Positions 1-7,849 of a stretch of 18,601 bases of DNA are shown here, one piece after another. The stretch is taken from the IMG/VR virus record IMGVR_UViG_2711768044_000003. The stretch is one strand, 5' to 3'. The position numbers were made by a program, and so were the translations under genes. The first letter of the stretch is position 1; every line of letters begins with the position of its first letter. Source of the stretch: a virus (lineage: Duplodnaviria; Heunggongvirae; Uroviricota; Caudoviricetes). A model generated the notes under the pieces. It was not told the DNA's origin. It saw only the letters and a program-made list of their open reading frames with translations, and ran no database searches.

Positions 1-1314
1 CTAACTTACTGATTTTAATAAGCCTCTTGTGTCACCTTGGTGACCATGGGACATCATTGGGACATAATCTGCCAGCTTCTGATTCAGCATTGCGATCTGT
101 TCTGCATTGCTGTCAGTCATCCATGCTCCGTATACATTGAACACCATCTGGGCACTTGCATGACCCATCTGGCTGGCAATGAAGCTTGGATTTGCTCCGG
201 CAGATAATGACCAGCACGCATAAGTGTGTCGTGACTGGTATGCCTTTCGGTGCCTGATGCCCGCACGCTTAATGGCTGTTTCCCATGAGTCGCCAATGGA
301 ATCTACTTTGTAGATAAAACCGACCTGTTTGCTTTTTCTAACCACCTGGGGGTTAAATACGAAAGTACATTCATGATTCACTGAACGTCCATATTCGCGT
401 AGTTGCACTTTGATGTGGTGCTGCTTACCCAGTCTTGTCATTTCAGCCTGATTTTTCAGGACACTGATAGCGGGCTGGATAAGATGCACAACCCTGTTTG
501 TACTTGCCTCAGTTTTAGGTAGAGTGAACTCGCCGAGTTTCGTATAATTGCGTCTGATAGTAATTGTTCCTGCTTTCAGATCGATATCTTCCCAGGCCAG
601 GGAGACCAGTTCACCGTGACGCATTCCTGTGTACACTGCTAATGACCACAGGTTTTTCGTCTGCTGATGCCGACAGGCGTCTATCAGGCGAATAAATTCG
701 TCACGAGTTAGCGGATCTGGTTCTGCCCTGGCTTTTTTAAGAGGCTTAATTCCCTCGAAGGGATTTGCCTCTAAGTAACCGTGATCTGCAGCAAACTGAA
801 ACATTCCAGCGATTGTCGTCATGTAATAATTTACAGTAACGACACTCCGTCCTCTTGCTGGTGCTTTGTCTTTCGTTGAATTCTGATATCCGGTCAGTAA
901 ATCTTTCCTGATATACAGCAATTCCTCTTTGGTCACCGTCGACACCAGTCTGCTACCTCCAATTTTCGGGACCATCGTTCTTGCAACGGATTCATAACGA
1001 TTGAATGCATTTGCAGAGATTTCCATTCGTTTCAGATCCAGCCACTTTTCTTCAAGTTCTTTCACCGTAATTTCTTTTTTACTTACCCCAAAAGCCTGAA
1101 GGTTAGGGGAGTCAGGGAACTGTGCAGCATAATCAAAGCTTCCTGTGCGGATGGCAAAACATACCGATGTCCGCAGTTCCCCAGCGATCTTCCTGTTCCT
1201 GGCCGTGTCAGGGACACCAAGATTTTCCCTGACACGTTTACCTTTAAAATTAAACCAGATGCGCAATGTGCCACCGTGGTTTTCGACGCCTGTTGGATAT
1301 TTGACTTTATCCAT
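1..1314 (-). CDS. int: Phage integrase, tyrosine recombinase family
   Basis: 437-aa ORF with ATG at 1314 preceded by GGAGG, stop at 1-3. C-terminal half has the catalytic residue pattern of tyrosine recombinases (R...H..R...Y: RHGELVSL, HRKAYQSRHTYACW, VYGAWM). Sits next to an xis-like gene at the prophage end. Confidence 0.88.
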   Translation of the reverse strand: MDKVKYPTGVENHGGTLRIWFNFKGKRVRENLGVPDTARNRKIAGELRTSVCFAIRTGSFDYAAQFPDSPNLQAFGVSKKEITVKELEEKWLDLKRMEISANAFNRYESVARTMVPKIGGSRLVSTVTKEELLYIRKDLLTGYQNSTKDKAPARGRSVVTVNYYMTTIAGMFQFAADHGYLEANPFEGIKPLKKARAEPDPLTRDEFIRLIDACRHQQTKNLWSLAVYTGMRHGELVSLAWEDIDLKAGTITIRRNYTKLGEFTLPKTEASTNRVVHLIQPAISVLKNQAEMTRLGKQHHIKVQLREYGRSVNHECTFVFNPQVVRKSKQVGFIYKVDSIGDSWETAIKRAGIRHRKAYQSRHTYACWSLSAGANPSFIASQMGHASAQMVFNVYGAWMTDSNAEQIAMLNQKLADYVPMMSHGHQGDTRGLLKSVS

Positions 1315-1369
1315 TGATACCTCCAGACGCCCAAGAGCGATACGAGCTTACATATTTCATGGCATTAAA

Positions 1370-1606
1370 TCACCTAGGTTGTTTGTTTTTCATTGAAGAG
1401 ACCCAGGCATCTATTGCTTTTCTGTTATACATACATTCGCTGGAAGGCTTTGGATTACCGTCTGGTGATACGTGAATATACTCTTTTCCAACCATCCAGC
1501 ATTCTTTCCGGGCCCGGAGAATTGTGCCAGGTTTGAGCCCGGTAATCGCGATAAGAACGCTTTCACAAACCCATTCATTGGGAGCCAGTTGAATCACATT
1601 GCCCAT
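1370..1606 (-). CDS. xis: Excisionase-like small DNA-binding protein
   Basis: 78-aa ORF directly upstream of int on the same strand. The pattern W..E....I...G.KPGTILR...E.W..GKEYIHV resembles lambda Xis-family proteins. ATG at 1606. Confidence 0.6.
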   Translation of the reverse strand: MGNVIQLAPNEWVCESVLIAITGLKPGTILRARKECWMVGKEYIHVSPDGNPKPSSECMYNRKAIDAWVSSMKNKQPR

Positions 1607-1614
1607 GCATCACC

Positions 1615-1761
1615 TCACACAACATTCAGCCCACGGCAGTGGCACCACACTTCAAACATTCGTTTCACAATTTCACGGCAGTAGAAGCCGTAAGCATCGC
1701 GGGTCAGGTCATAGCGATTGCCGTAACGCTGGCGTACCCATAGCTCAAACGCTTTATTCAT
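1615..1761 (-). CDS. Small hypothetical protein (48 aa)
   Basis: ORF not in the supplied track, translated by hand: MNKAFELWVRQRYGNRYDLTRDAYGFYCREIVKRMFEVWCHCRGLNVV. ATG at 1761 is preceded by AAGGAAG; packed between the upstream gene and xis. Confidence 0.35.
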   Translation of the reverse strand: MNKAFELWVRQRYGNRYDLTRDAYGFYCREIVKRMFEVWCHCRGLNVV

Positions 1762-1764
1762 TTT

Positions 1765-2007
1765 TTACTTCCTTTGCATTGCGCGTAATTTCTTCAGGTG
1801 CTTTTCTTGTTCTGTTTCAGCCAGAATCTTGTGATATTCCAGGTGGTCAATATGCTCGAACAGGCTACTGAATTCACCAATGCGTACTCGCCCGGTACGT
1901 CCGTCCATCCTCCGAAAGAACACTGAGTGCTCAGTACTGCGAGTAATTTCTACTGGGTATCCGGCTCTGTCTGTGTATATCTGCCCGCGTTGAATCAAAG
2001 CGAACAT
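1765..2007 (-). CDS. Hypothetical early-left protein (80 aa from ATG)
   Basis: Track ORF 1765..2043 begins at a TTG; the first ATG is at 2007 (MFALIQRGQIYTDRAG...). No recognisable motif. Confidence 0.5.
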   Translation of the reverse strand: MFALIQRGQIYTDRAGYPVEITRSTEHSVFFRRMDGRTGRVRIGEFSSLFEHIDHLEYHKILAETEQEKHLKKLRAMQRK

Positions 2008-2091
2008 GTGGTTATCCCCATCGACAAATCGAGTACACAACAAACGCTACTGCGAATACCATCCCCAGAGTTACGATTGCATCAGGCCAGC

Positions 2092-2796
2092 TCATTGATT
2101 CACCTCCTGCGGCGGTTCCGGTAGCGGCATCCAGTGTGTGACCCGCTCAATGCCATTACCCGGCTTAATCGTTGCATCTCCTCGCCGGAATGTGCTCCCT
2201 GTGTAGAGTGCGGAACATATTAGCGGTTCAACCAGAGAACTATCGAAATTCACAGAAATAAGCACGCTCTGGCTCTTTTCTGGCATTCGCTCACTACAGC
2301 TTATCCAACCATCCGGAGTTACCGGAGAGTTGCCAGCCTCGTACGCGAGCCTCATCCAGTGCATAAGCGTTTCGATGCTTACACATCCGCAATCAATGTC
2401 TATTTTTTCTTTTTGTTCGGACAACCATTCTAGGAACGCCAGCTTGTAAGTCTGGCTTACAGGTTCGGCTTCTGGTTCTGCTATGTACTTCTCTGATGCT
2501 TCAGGTAACGCCTGTTTATCGCGTAGCGCTTCTTTCAGTACAGCGACATGGCATTCAGAATCAGGCAGGTTGCTTTCCGCAGCGGAGAGGGCTTGTTTCA
2601 GTCGCTTGATCTCCGCAGTCATGTAGTAACCGGTTTTACTCCAGGTATCGATGCTGTCACCCGTCATGTCTGGCTCCATGGTCGCCATCAGAACGGCGTC
2701 GCGATAGTCCTGGCTGCCGCTGGTGATCGCAACGGCGTAGGTATCACTGTTTTCGCGCTTATAGATAAGCACGACAGGGTTCTGAATTTTGCTCAT
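2092..2796 (-). CDS. Hypothetical protein with DUF551-like C-terminal domain
   Basis: 234-aa ORF, ATG at 2796. C-terminal segment GWISCSERMPE...VTHWMPLPEPP resembles the DUF551 domain common in lambdoid early regions (recalled, not searched). Confidence 0.65.
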   Translation of the reverse strand: MSKIQNPVVLIYKRENSDTYAVAITSGSQDYRDAVLMATMEPDMTGDSIDTWSKTGYYMTAEIKRLKQALSAAESNLPDSECHVAVLKEALRDKQALPEASEKYIAEPEAEPVSQTYKLAFLEWLSEQKEKIDIDCGCVSIETLMHWMRLAYEAGNSPVTPDGWISCSERMPEKSQSVLISVNFDSSLVEPLICSALYTGSTFRRGDATIKPGNGIERVTHWMPLPEPPQEVNQ

Positions 2797-3005
2797 TCCG
2801 CTGTCTCCCGCTCAGCTTCGATGATGGCATCTACAGCCATCACCAGAGTTCTGGCTAGGTCGTCGTAATCCTGCCATGCATCATTGCTAAAAAAATTCGT
2901 GAGCATTACCGGCGCTATCTGCACAATGAGGTGCTGGCGATAGGTCATGCCACGGGGAGTATCGATGCGCAGGCATGGGTAAGCTGAATGCTGGCATTTG
3001 CTCAT
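2793..3005 (-). CDS. Hypothetical protein (70 aa)
   Basis: ATG at 3005 overlaps the upstream gene stop as ATGA; its own stop overlaps the next start as ATGA. Part of a translationally coupled chain. Confidence 0.5.
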   Translation of the reverse strand: MSKCQHSAYPCLRIDTPRGMTYRQHLIVQIAPVMLTNFFSNDAWQDYDDLARTLVMAVDAIIEAERETAE

Positions 3006-3226
3006 CGTGTCGCCTCTCGTTGAATTGTCTTGTAGGCTCGCAACATATCGCGAGATTTTCCGGACAAAACCGTCTTCATGAAGAACATTCCACTGCGGTT
3101 TGCAACTATGCCTGGAGTGCAGAGCAACGTGGCGTCTACCACACGGTTATGTTTACGGAACTCAAATACTGTACTGGTGATAACGATGTTCGCTACGGTG
3201 CCATAGTCCTGATATTCGATTTTCAT
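3002..3226 (-). CDS. Hypothetical protein (74 aa)
   Basis: ATG at 3226 forms an ATGA overlap with the stop of the clamp-like gene. Confidence 0.5.
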   Translation of the reverse strand: MKIEYQDYGTVANIVITSTVFEFRKHNRVVDATLLCTPGIVANRSGMFFMKTVLSGKSRDMLRAYKTIQREATR

Positions 3227-3789
3227 GCCAGATGCTCCTCAATAATTTTGAAAGCATCATCACGGCATGGCATCACGACGAACTCAGGATTACCGTATGC
3301 AGTGTTGATCACTGGATCGAACTGAATGCGAACCGCTCCAGCCTCACCGGAAGGTCGTAACTGGATGGGAATAAACTTCCGCTCGCGACCAAACATCTTT
3401 TCCGGATAGCTGAGGTATTCAGTCTGGATAACCGGATTGATACTGAAATCCACTTTTTTCGGGATGATGCGTTCCATATCAGGAAAACGACCATCAACAA
3501 GTTTGATGCCAGTGATCGAGATTCGACGCTCGAACGTGTCGCGGTGAATGGCAAAGGCTTCTTTGTTGAATACCAGTTCAGTGGTTTCCGCTTTCGCCGG
3601 AACCGGTCCTTCAAACTGGACGATGATGTTTTTCTTCGTCCGGATGCCGTGCTCCATGCGCAGTGCTACATGCCCGTTAGTTGACTCGATATATTTCGGA
3701 GTGATGTGCACACCATTCAGGTAGTAACGGACATCATTTTTTGCAGCGCATACCAGAGCTGCGCGAATGAGTTTTGACTGGATGATCAT
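3223..3789 (-). CDS. Truncated DNA polymerase III beta sliding-clamp (DnaN) homologue
   Basis: 188-aa ORF. Three segments match recalled E. coli DnaN in order: NDVRYYLNGVHI...NGHVALRM vs DnaN HQDVRYYLNGMLFETEG...TDGHRLAV; KLVDGRFPDMERIIPKK vs KLVDGRFPDYRRVLPK; FVVMPCR vs YVVMPMRL at the C-terminus. Covers roughly the C-terminal two-thirds of the clamp with deletions. Confidence 0.7.
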   Translation of the reverse strand: MIIQSKLIRAALVCAAKNDVRYYLNGVHITPKYIESTNGHVALRMEHGIRTKKNIIVQFEGPVPAKAETTELVFNKEAFAIHRDTFERRISITGIKLVDGRFPDMERIIPKKVDFSINPVIQTEYLSYPEKMFGRERKFIPIQLRPSGEAGAVRIQFDPVINTAYGNPEFVVMPCRDDAFKIIEEHLA

Positions 3790-4535
3790 GCTTTATTCTC
3801 CCATCCGATTACCTGGAAAAGCCCCATCTTCGGGTGATACCAGCGTGTGCCGCGCGGTTTAGCTTCTGACATCATCTGGCGGAATGCGGCCATAAACGGC
3901 TCCAGTTCTACGATAGCCCTGCGTGACAAAAGCCCGTCCGTAGTCATAAATTCGTGTGTGTCGGTAGGGATGTGGTAGGCGTTGACCAGGTTCCGACACT
4001 TGGCGTCACTCATTCCGCTTTTTGCTACCACCTGGCGGTAACCGACATATCCGGCGCGCATGGTCCCGCGTTTGATGTTCTCCACAGCTTCGGTGACCGT
4101 TTCGATCTTCTTTTCAACATGATTCAGGCGCTTCTGCTGGCGAACGGCATCGGCGGCCATTGCGGCGATCATCTCGATTTCAGTAAGAGGTGCGCGAGTG
4201 CGGAAGTAGCTGTTAACCAGCTCGCGCTGAACCTGCCAGGCCAGATCGTCGGTGAAGGATTTCACCAACATCAAATAACCGGATTCGACCAGTACAATTC
4301 CTGCTGCTGCAAATTTTGAGAAAGTACCGTCAGGGAGGTGTCGACGAATTTCGTCGGAACCTAATTCGAAGTAGTCTTCCCCTTCAATAAGACGAGATTT
4401 GTTTTCGCGGAAATTGCGTCCCGCTGTTCCGTCTGGGCGTTGGTGCACTTCATCAATCATCGCCAGCGTCACAACACGCTGACCGCGATATTCGACTGCC
4501 GGAAGCTGTTTGTTATTGATGGTTACTGTATTCAT
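3786..4535 (-). CDS. Phage antirepressor/regulatory-like protein (tentative)
   Basis: 249-aa ORF, ATG at 4535 preceded by GGAG. N-terminal segment (AVEYRGQRVVTLAMIDEVHQRPDG...EGEDYFEL) resembles N-terminal DNA-binding domains of phage antirepressor families (ORF6N/KilA-N type). Domain assignment is from memory only. Confidence 0.5.
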   Translation of the reverse strand: MNTVTINNKQLPAVEYRGQRVVTLAMIDEVHQRPDGTAGRNFRENKSRLIEGEDYFELGSDEIRRHLPDGTFSKFAAAGIVLVESGYLMLVKSFTDDLAWQVQRELVNSYFRTRAPLTEIEMIAAMAADAVRQQKRLNHVEKKIETVTEAVENIKRGTMRAGYVGYRQVVAKSGMSDAKCRNLVNAYHIPTDTHEFMTTDGLLSRRAIVELEPFMAAFRQMMSEAKPRGTRWYHPKMGLFQVIGWENKA

Positions 4536-4577
4536 TTTTATCTCCAGACAGCCCGGTTGTAATACCGGGCATATGTA

Positions 4578-5405
4578 TTACTTAACCTGAATAAATGGTG
4601 TGTTGGCACCGCTGGTCATGTATTGCGGCAGTGTACCGTTCCACTTGTTGATGGCTTCCAGCTCCATAACGTTTGGGTTCTGGCGCAGTGCTTCGCCGCG
4701 TAAACGAATGGCGTCGGATTCGGCCTGGGCTTTTGTGCGAATCGCATCAGCCTGTCCGGCAGCTTCCGCGCGCAACATATTGGCCTCTGCCTCGCGTTGC
4801 TTGACTTCCTGCTCGCGTTGCAGGGTTTTCTGGTTTGCCGTGACTTTGGCGTTAATGCTGTCAATAACGGTTGGCGGGTATTCCGGCTTACCTACATAAG
4901 AGAGACTCATCACCTGAATACCCACAGGCCCCATCTCTGCCTGAATTTCTTTCAGGGAGTTTTCCAGTAACTCGCCCTTGCCACCATCGATGAATTTGTC
5001 AGTACTCATTTGGCTGGCGAGACGATTGAGGGCGTCAGCAATTTTCTGGCGCAGGTCAGTGTCGGTAATGTCATCCACGCCTTTGCGGTAGGTCTGAAAA
5101 ACCGTGGTTACTTTGGTCGGGTCTACTTTGTAGGCCACGCCGATGTGATAGCCGATGGTTGTACCGTCACTCATCTGGAAGCTGAATGGCTCATCGTAGG
5201 TCTTCATTTGTTTGAAGGTCGGGAAGATGTAAACCTCAGTGTTCCATCCCGTCCAGTAGCGCCCAACACCGACCACCTCTCCGACGCCTTTATCGTCGCC
5301 CAGTTTGTTTACTTTGATGCCCACATTACCAGGCTCAACGCGATCGCAACCGACAAGTCCGGTGGTCAGCAGAACAAGGGCTAAAGCAGGAATAATTTTT
5401 TTCAT
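4578..5405 (-). CDS. SPFH (band-7/prohibitin-like) lipoprotein, predicted inner-membrane anchored
   Basis: 275-aa ORF. Signal peptide with lipobox LVGC followed by Asp at +2 (CDRV). Central region and an Ala/Glu/Arg-rich coiled-coil tail (REQEVKQREAEANMLRAEAAGQADAIRTKAQAESDAIRLRGEALRQNP..LEL..I) are typical of SPFH/HflKC/prohibitin family proteins. ATG at 5405 overlaps the upstream stop (ATGA). Confidence 0.8.
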   Translation of the reverse strand: MKKIIPALALVLLTTGLVGCDRVEPGNVGIKVNKLGDDKGVGEVVGVGRYWTGWNTEVYIFPTFKQMKTYDEPFSFQMSDGTTIGYHIGVAYKVDPTKVTTVFQTYRKGVDDITDTDLRQKIADALNRLASQMSTDKFIDGGKGELLENSLKEIQAEMGPVGIQVMSLSYVGKPEYPPTVIDSINAKVTANQKTLQREQEVKQREAEANMLRAEAAGQADAIRTKAQAESDAIRLRGEALRQNPNVMELEAINKWNGTLPQYMTSGANTPFIQVK

Positions 5406-5590
5406 CTTTTATCCTTAGAAAAAGAAAGACCCTTATAAATGGCATAAATGCAGGGCGGGGTCAGACACGCCAGAGCAAAGCCAGAAATCACTGCTACCGT
5501 ATCCTTCATTGATATGAGGGTCGGAACGATTAATCCGTAAATACATGCGATAATTACCAGTGATATAACTATTCTGAAATAAATGTTCAT
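5402..5590 (-). CDS. Small two-helix membrane protein coupled to the SPFH lipoprotein
   Basis: 62-aa ORF, ATG at 5590 preceded by AGGAGG. Two hydrophobic stretches (IVISLVIIACIYGLIVPTLI and VAVISGFALACLTPPCIYAIY). Stop overlaps the SPFH start. Confidence 0.7.
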   Translation of the reverse strand: MNIYFRIVISLVIIACIYGLIVPTLISMKDTVAVISGFALACLTPPCIYAIYKGLSFSKDKR

Positions 5591-5650
5591 GGTCCTCCTG
5601 ATGTATTAGGCTTGCCTTATTTAATTGCGTCATGGTTAATTTCGTTTACG

Positions 5651-6043
5651 TCAGAATGGTTTTGTTGCCATCAGTTTGTAATATCCGGCGCTCCATGTGT
5701 CATATTTTCTGAACCATTTTTCTGTATACTGTTTCCTGGCGATGAGTCTGCGTAGTCGTCTGATTGTTCGCTGGTGTGCGCGGGTATACTCTGTGGTTGA
5801 TTCTCCCCGTTTCCATGTCTCGTTCCCGTTGAATATAAAACGCATGTCAGGATAGCGCTGTCGGAAACCTGAACGTTCAAAAGCGCGGGTGGTCATAAAG
5901 AATGCTAGGTAACGAATTGCTGTTTTTCGGGTGAGGCATTTTTTTGTTCTCCCGTGGCGTGTTACAAAAAATAACGGACCGACGGGTGTATCATGTTTCT
6001 GTAGTGCCTGGTCAATGGCGCTTGTGATGCGGTTGTCGATCAT
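5651..6043 (-). CDS. Hypothetical basic protein (130 aa)
   Basis: ATG at 6043 preceded by GGGAG. Lys/Arg-rich, no recognisable motif. Confidence 0.5.
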   Translation of the reverse strand: MIDNRITSAIDQALQKHDTPVGPLFFVTRHGRTKKCLTRKTAIRYLAFFMTTRAFERSGFRQRYPDMRFIFNGNETWKRGESTTEYTRAHQRTIRRLRRLIARKQYTEKWFRKYDTWSAGYYKLMATKPF

Positions 6044-6258
6044 TTCTTTATTTCTCCCGAATAACGTTCATGACTCATTACTTCCCAGTTCCGGCCGTCG
6101 TCTTTCGATAACAACCGCCAGCGACGGTTAACCTTCAGACTGAGATATCCGGTGCGCTGTATCCGATGCGGAAATATCCGTTGGCATCTGTACCGCCTCA
6201 GGACCAGCAACGCCTGCTGGTGGACCCACTCAGGAATGCGTGTTGCTGTTAATGTCAC
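6040..6258 (-). CDS. Hypothetical protein (72 aa)
   Basis: GTG start at 6258 preceded by AGGAGG at 5-nt spacing; stop overlaps the next start as ATGA. Confidence 0.5.
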   Translation of the reverse strand: MTLTATRIPEWVHQQALLVLRRYRCQRIFPHRIQRTGYLSLKVNRRWRLLSKDDGRNWEVMSHERYSGEIKK

Positions 6259-6445
6259 CGGTTTCCTCCTGAGCAGGTGCTGTTATCTGATATCCCGCTC
6301 TTTCTGACAGCCGTATGAAAGTATCCATGCTGGCAATCAGCTCGTTATCGCGGACCTTGCAGACACCTGTTACCTGGCCATTTTCAATTGTCATAACGAT
6401 CTGCACTTTTTCGTGCACAACAGATACAGGGGATAAATTAGCCAT
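6230..6445 (-). CDS. Hypothetical protein (71 aa)
   Basis: ATG at 6445 preceded by GGAGG; overlaps the upstream stop by 1 nt (TGATG). Confidence 0.5.
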   Translation of the reverse strand: MANLSPVSVVHEKVQIVMTIENGQVTGVCKVRDNELIASMDTFIRLSERAGYQITAPAQEETGDINSNTHS

Positions 6446-6804
6446 CAGTTAATTCCTCCGCTGATATATTTTTCTTTCGCGTAATCAATAACCTCTTGTA
6501 AAAGGTTGTCTATAATTAACTTTCCGGTTTCAGTCAGGTATTCAGTATGTTGATTAATCCCGATGGCATTCTGGTATGCGGTACGGATTGTTGCTTCTCC
6601 TTCCGCCCGTCCATATTCACCACGGAAAACACCTTCAAATCGTAATAACAACTGGTTCATGAACTGTTCAGTTATTTCTATCGTTGTTATTTCTCCGTCC
6701 GGAAGGTTAACGACGAGCAGATTACTACCTGTTTTACGTTGCATCCGCCGGAGTGCCGCTGTTACCATGCGGCGACGATCTTTATCAATGGTTGCACATG
6801 CCAT
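6445..6804 (-). CDS. Hypothetical protein with N-terminal arginine-rich motif
   Basis: 119-aa ORF, ATG at 6804. N-terminus DKDRRRMVTAALRRMQRK is arginine-rich. Confidence 0.5.
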   Translation of the reverse strand: MACATIDKDRRRMVTAALRRMQRKTGSNLLVVNLPDGEITTIEITEQFMNQLLLRFEGVFRGEYGRAEGEATIRTAYQNAIGINQHTEYLTETGKLIIDNLLQEVIDYAKEKYISGGIN

Positions 6805-6988
6805 TTGTTATTTCCCGTATGCTTTTCTGAGAAACAGTATTGCAACTGACCAGTATCCGGCACTGGCCATTAATAAAGCAGTTTTATAAGCACTTTTATT
6901 TTTCATGCATCATCTCTGTTTTCAGATTGTGAAAATCCCCGGCCAGAGGTCGTCATGTTTCTGTGTGTGATTTTTTATTGAGAATTCT

Positions 6989-7180
6989 TTATTCGTTACG
7001 CAGTGTATCGATATATTCGTAAGCCATTTCGCAGGTTTTATTCATGGACCTGATGAGGCAACATAAATAATCGTCCGTCTCTCCTGAGTCGGGAGAATTC
7101 TTAAATATAAATTCAAGCATTGATGTATTCTCTTTTATTTGTGCCGCCACTTCCTCAAGAATATTTAATGGAGTTTTCAT
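6989..7180 (-). CDS. Small acidic protein, possible third paralogue of the 7177..7368 family
   Basis: 63-aa ORF, ATG at 7180 overlapping the upstream stop (ATGA). Weak similarity to the two upstream domains. Confidence 0.5.
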   Translation of the reverse strand: MKTPLNILEEVAAQIKENTSMLEFIFKNSPDSGETDDYLCCLIRSMNKTCEMAYEYIDTLRNE

Positions 7181-7368
7181 GTTCTTTGCTCCTTAAATGC
7201 ATCGCATGCGCTTCTGGCGTATTGTTGTGCAAGTAAAAAGATGTCATCCGAAAGTTCATCACATTCTTCATCACCGGAAGCCGAAATGATTAACCCCGCT
7301 TCAAGCAGTACGGCAATGTGATGAAAAGCTGTTTCCGGTTCGTTGGTAAGGCCTTTGAACATTTTCAT
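7177..7368 (-). CDS. Small acidic protein, paralogue of the N-terminal domain of the 7370..7816 gene
   Basis: 63 aa from the ATG at 7368 (track ORF extends to 7401), preceded by AGGAAG. AFHHIAVLLEAGLIISASGDEECDELSDDIFLLAQQYARSA aligns with ALKNTAVLFEAGYLLATSNNHEYSEIGDTIVALATDYAFKV of the neighbouring gene. Confidence 0.55.
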   Translation of the reverse strand: MKMFKGLTNEPETAFHHIAVLLEAGLIISASGDEECDELSDDIFLLAQQYARSACDAFKEQRT

Positions 7369-7369
7369 C

Positions 7370-7816
7370 TTATGCTTCCTCCTGATTTTGTTTATAAGCA
7401 CCAGTCAGTAACCACATTGGATCACAGCCAAGAACATTTGCCAGAGGGATAAGCATGCTGATGGTTGGTTCGTACTCTCCGCTCTCCCACTGGATGATAA
7501 TTTCTTCATCGAGATCGAGCAGCCTGGCGAGTTCGGCAGTTGTTAAGCCGCAGGCTTCGCGTTGGGTGCGAAGGTTAACCATGTATTCAGGCTGTTTTTC
7601 AGAAGAAATATTTTGCCTTGAATAAAAAATTGCGTTTTTTACTTTGAAGGCGTAATCAGTGGCCAAAGCAACTATGGTATCGCCAATTTCACTGTATTCA
7701 TGGTTATTTGATGTGGCTAATAAATATCCAGCTTCAAAAAGAACGGCGGTATTTTTTAGCGCATCCAGTGGGTGCATGGAAAAGCCATTAAAAGTCAGAG
7801 TCGGTTGTGCCCTCAT
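7370..7816 (-). CDS. Two-domain protein: paralogous N-terminal domain plus C-terminal XRE-type HTH
   Basis: 148 aa from the ATG at 7816 (GGAG upstream); track ORF extends to a TTG at 7882. C-terminal LRTQREACGLTTAELARLLDLDEEIIIQWESGEYEPTISMLIPLANVLGCDPMWLL is a Cro/C1-type helix-turn-helix. First gene downstream of the putative oL/pL. Confidence 0.6.
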   Translation of the reverse strand: MRAQPTLTFNGFSMHPLDALKNTAVLFEAGYLLATSNNHEYSEIGDTIVALATDYAFKVKNAIFYSRQNISSEKQPEYMVNLRTQREACGLTTAELARLLDLDEEIIIQWESGEYEPTISMLIPLANVLGCDPMWLLTGAYKQNQEEA

Positions 7817-7849
7817 CTCATTAACTCCATCTACTTTGAATGAGAGCAT

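Noticed and set aside
1-60. Phage attachment site at the left edge
   Set aside because: The window begins at the integrase stop codon; any att site would lie outside the window, so none can be called.
1083-1396. Two 83-aa ORFs overlapping the integrase start region
   Set aside because: They overlap int and the int-xis junction in alternative frames without start signals.
3309-3614. 101-aa minus-strand ORF
   Set aside because: Alternative frame inside the clamp-like gene, which has clear homology in its own frame.
4600-5384. Plus-strand ORFs (99 aa and 124 aa) and an 82-aa minus-strand ORF inside the SPFH gene
   Set aside because: They overlap a strongly supported lipoprotein gene in other frames; no independent start signals.
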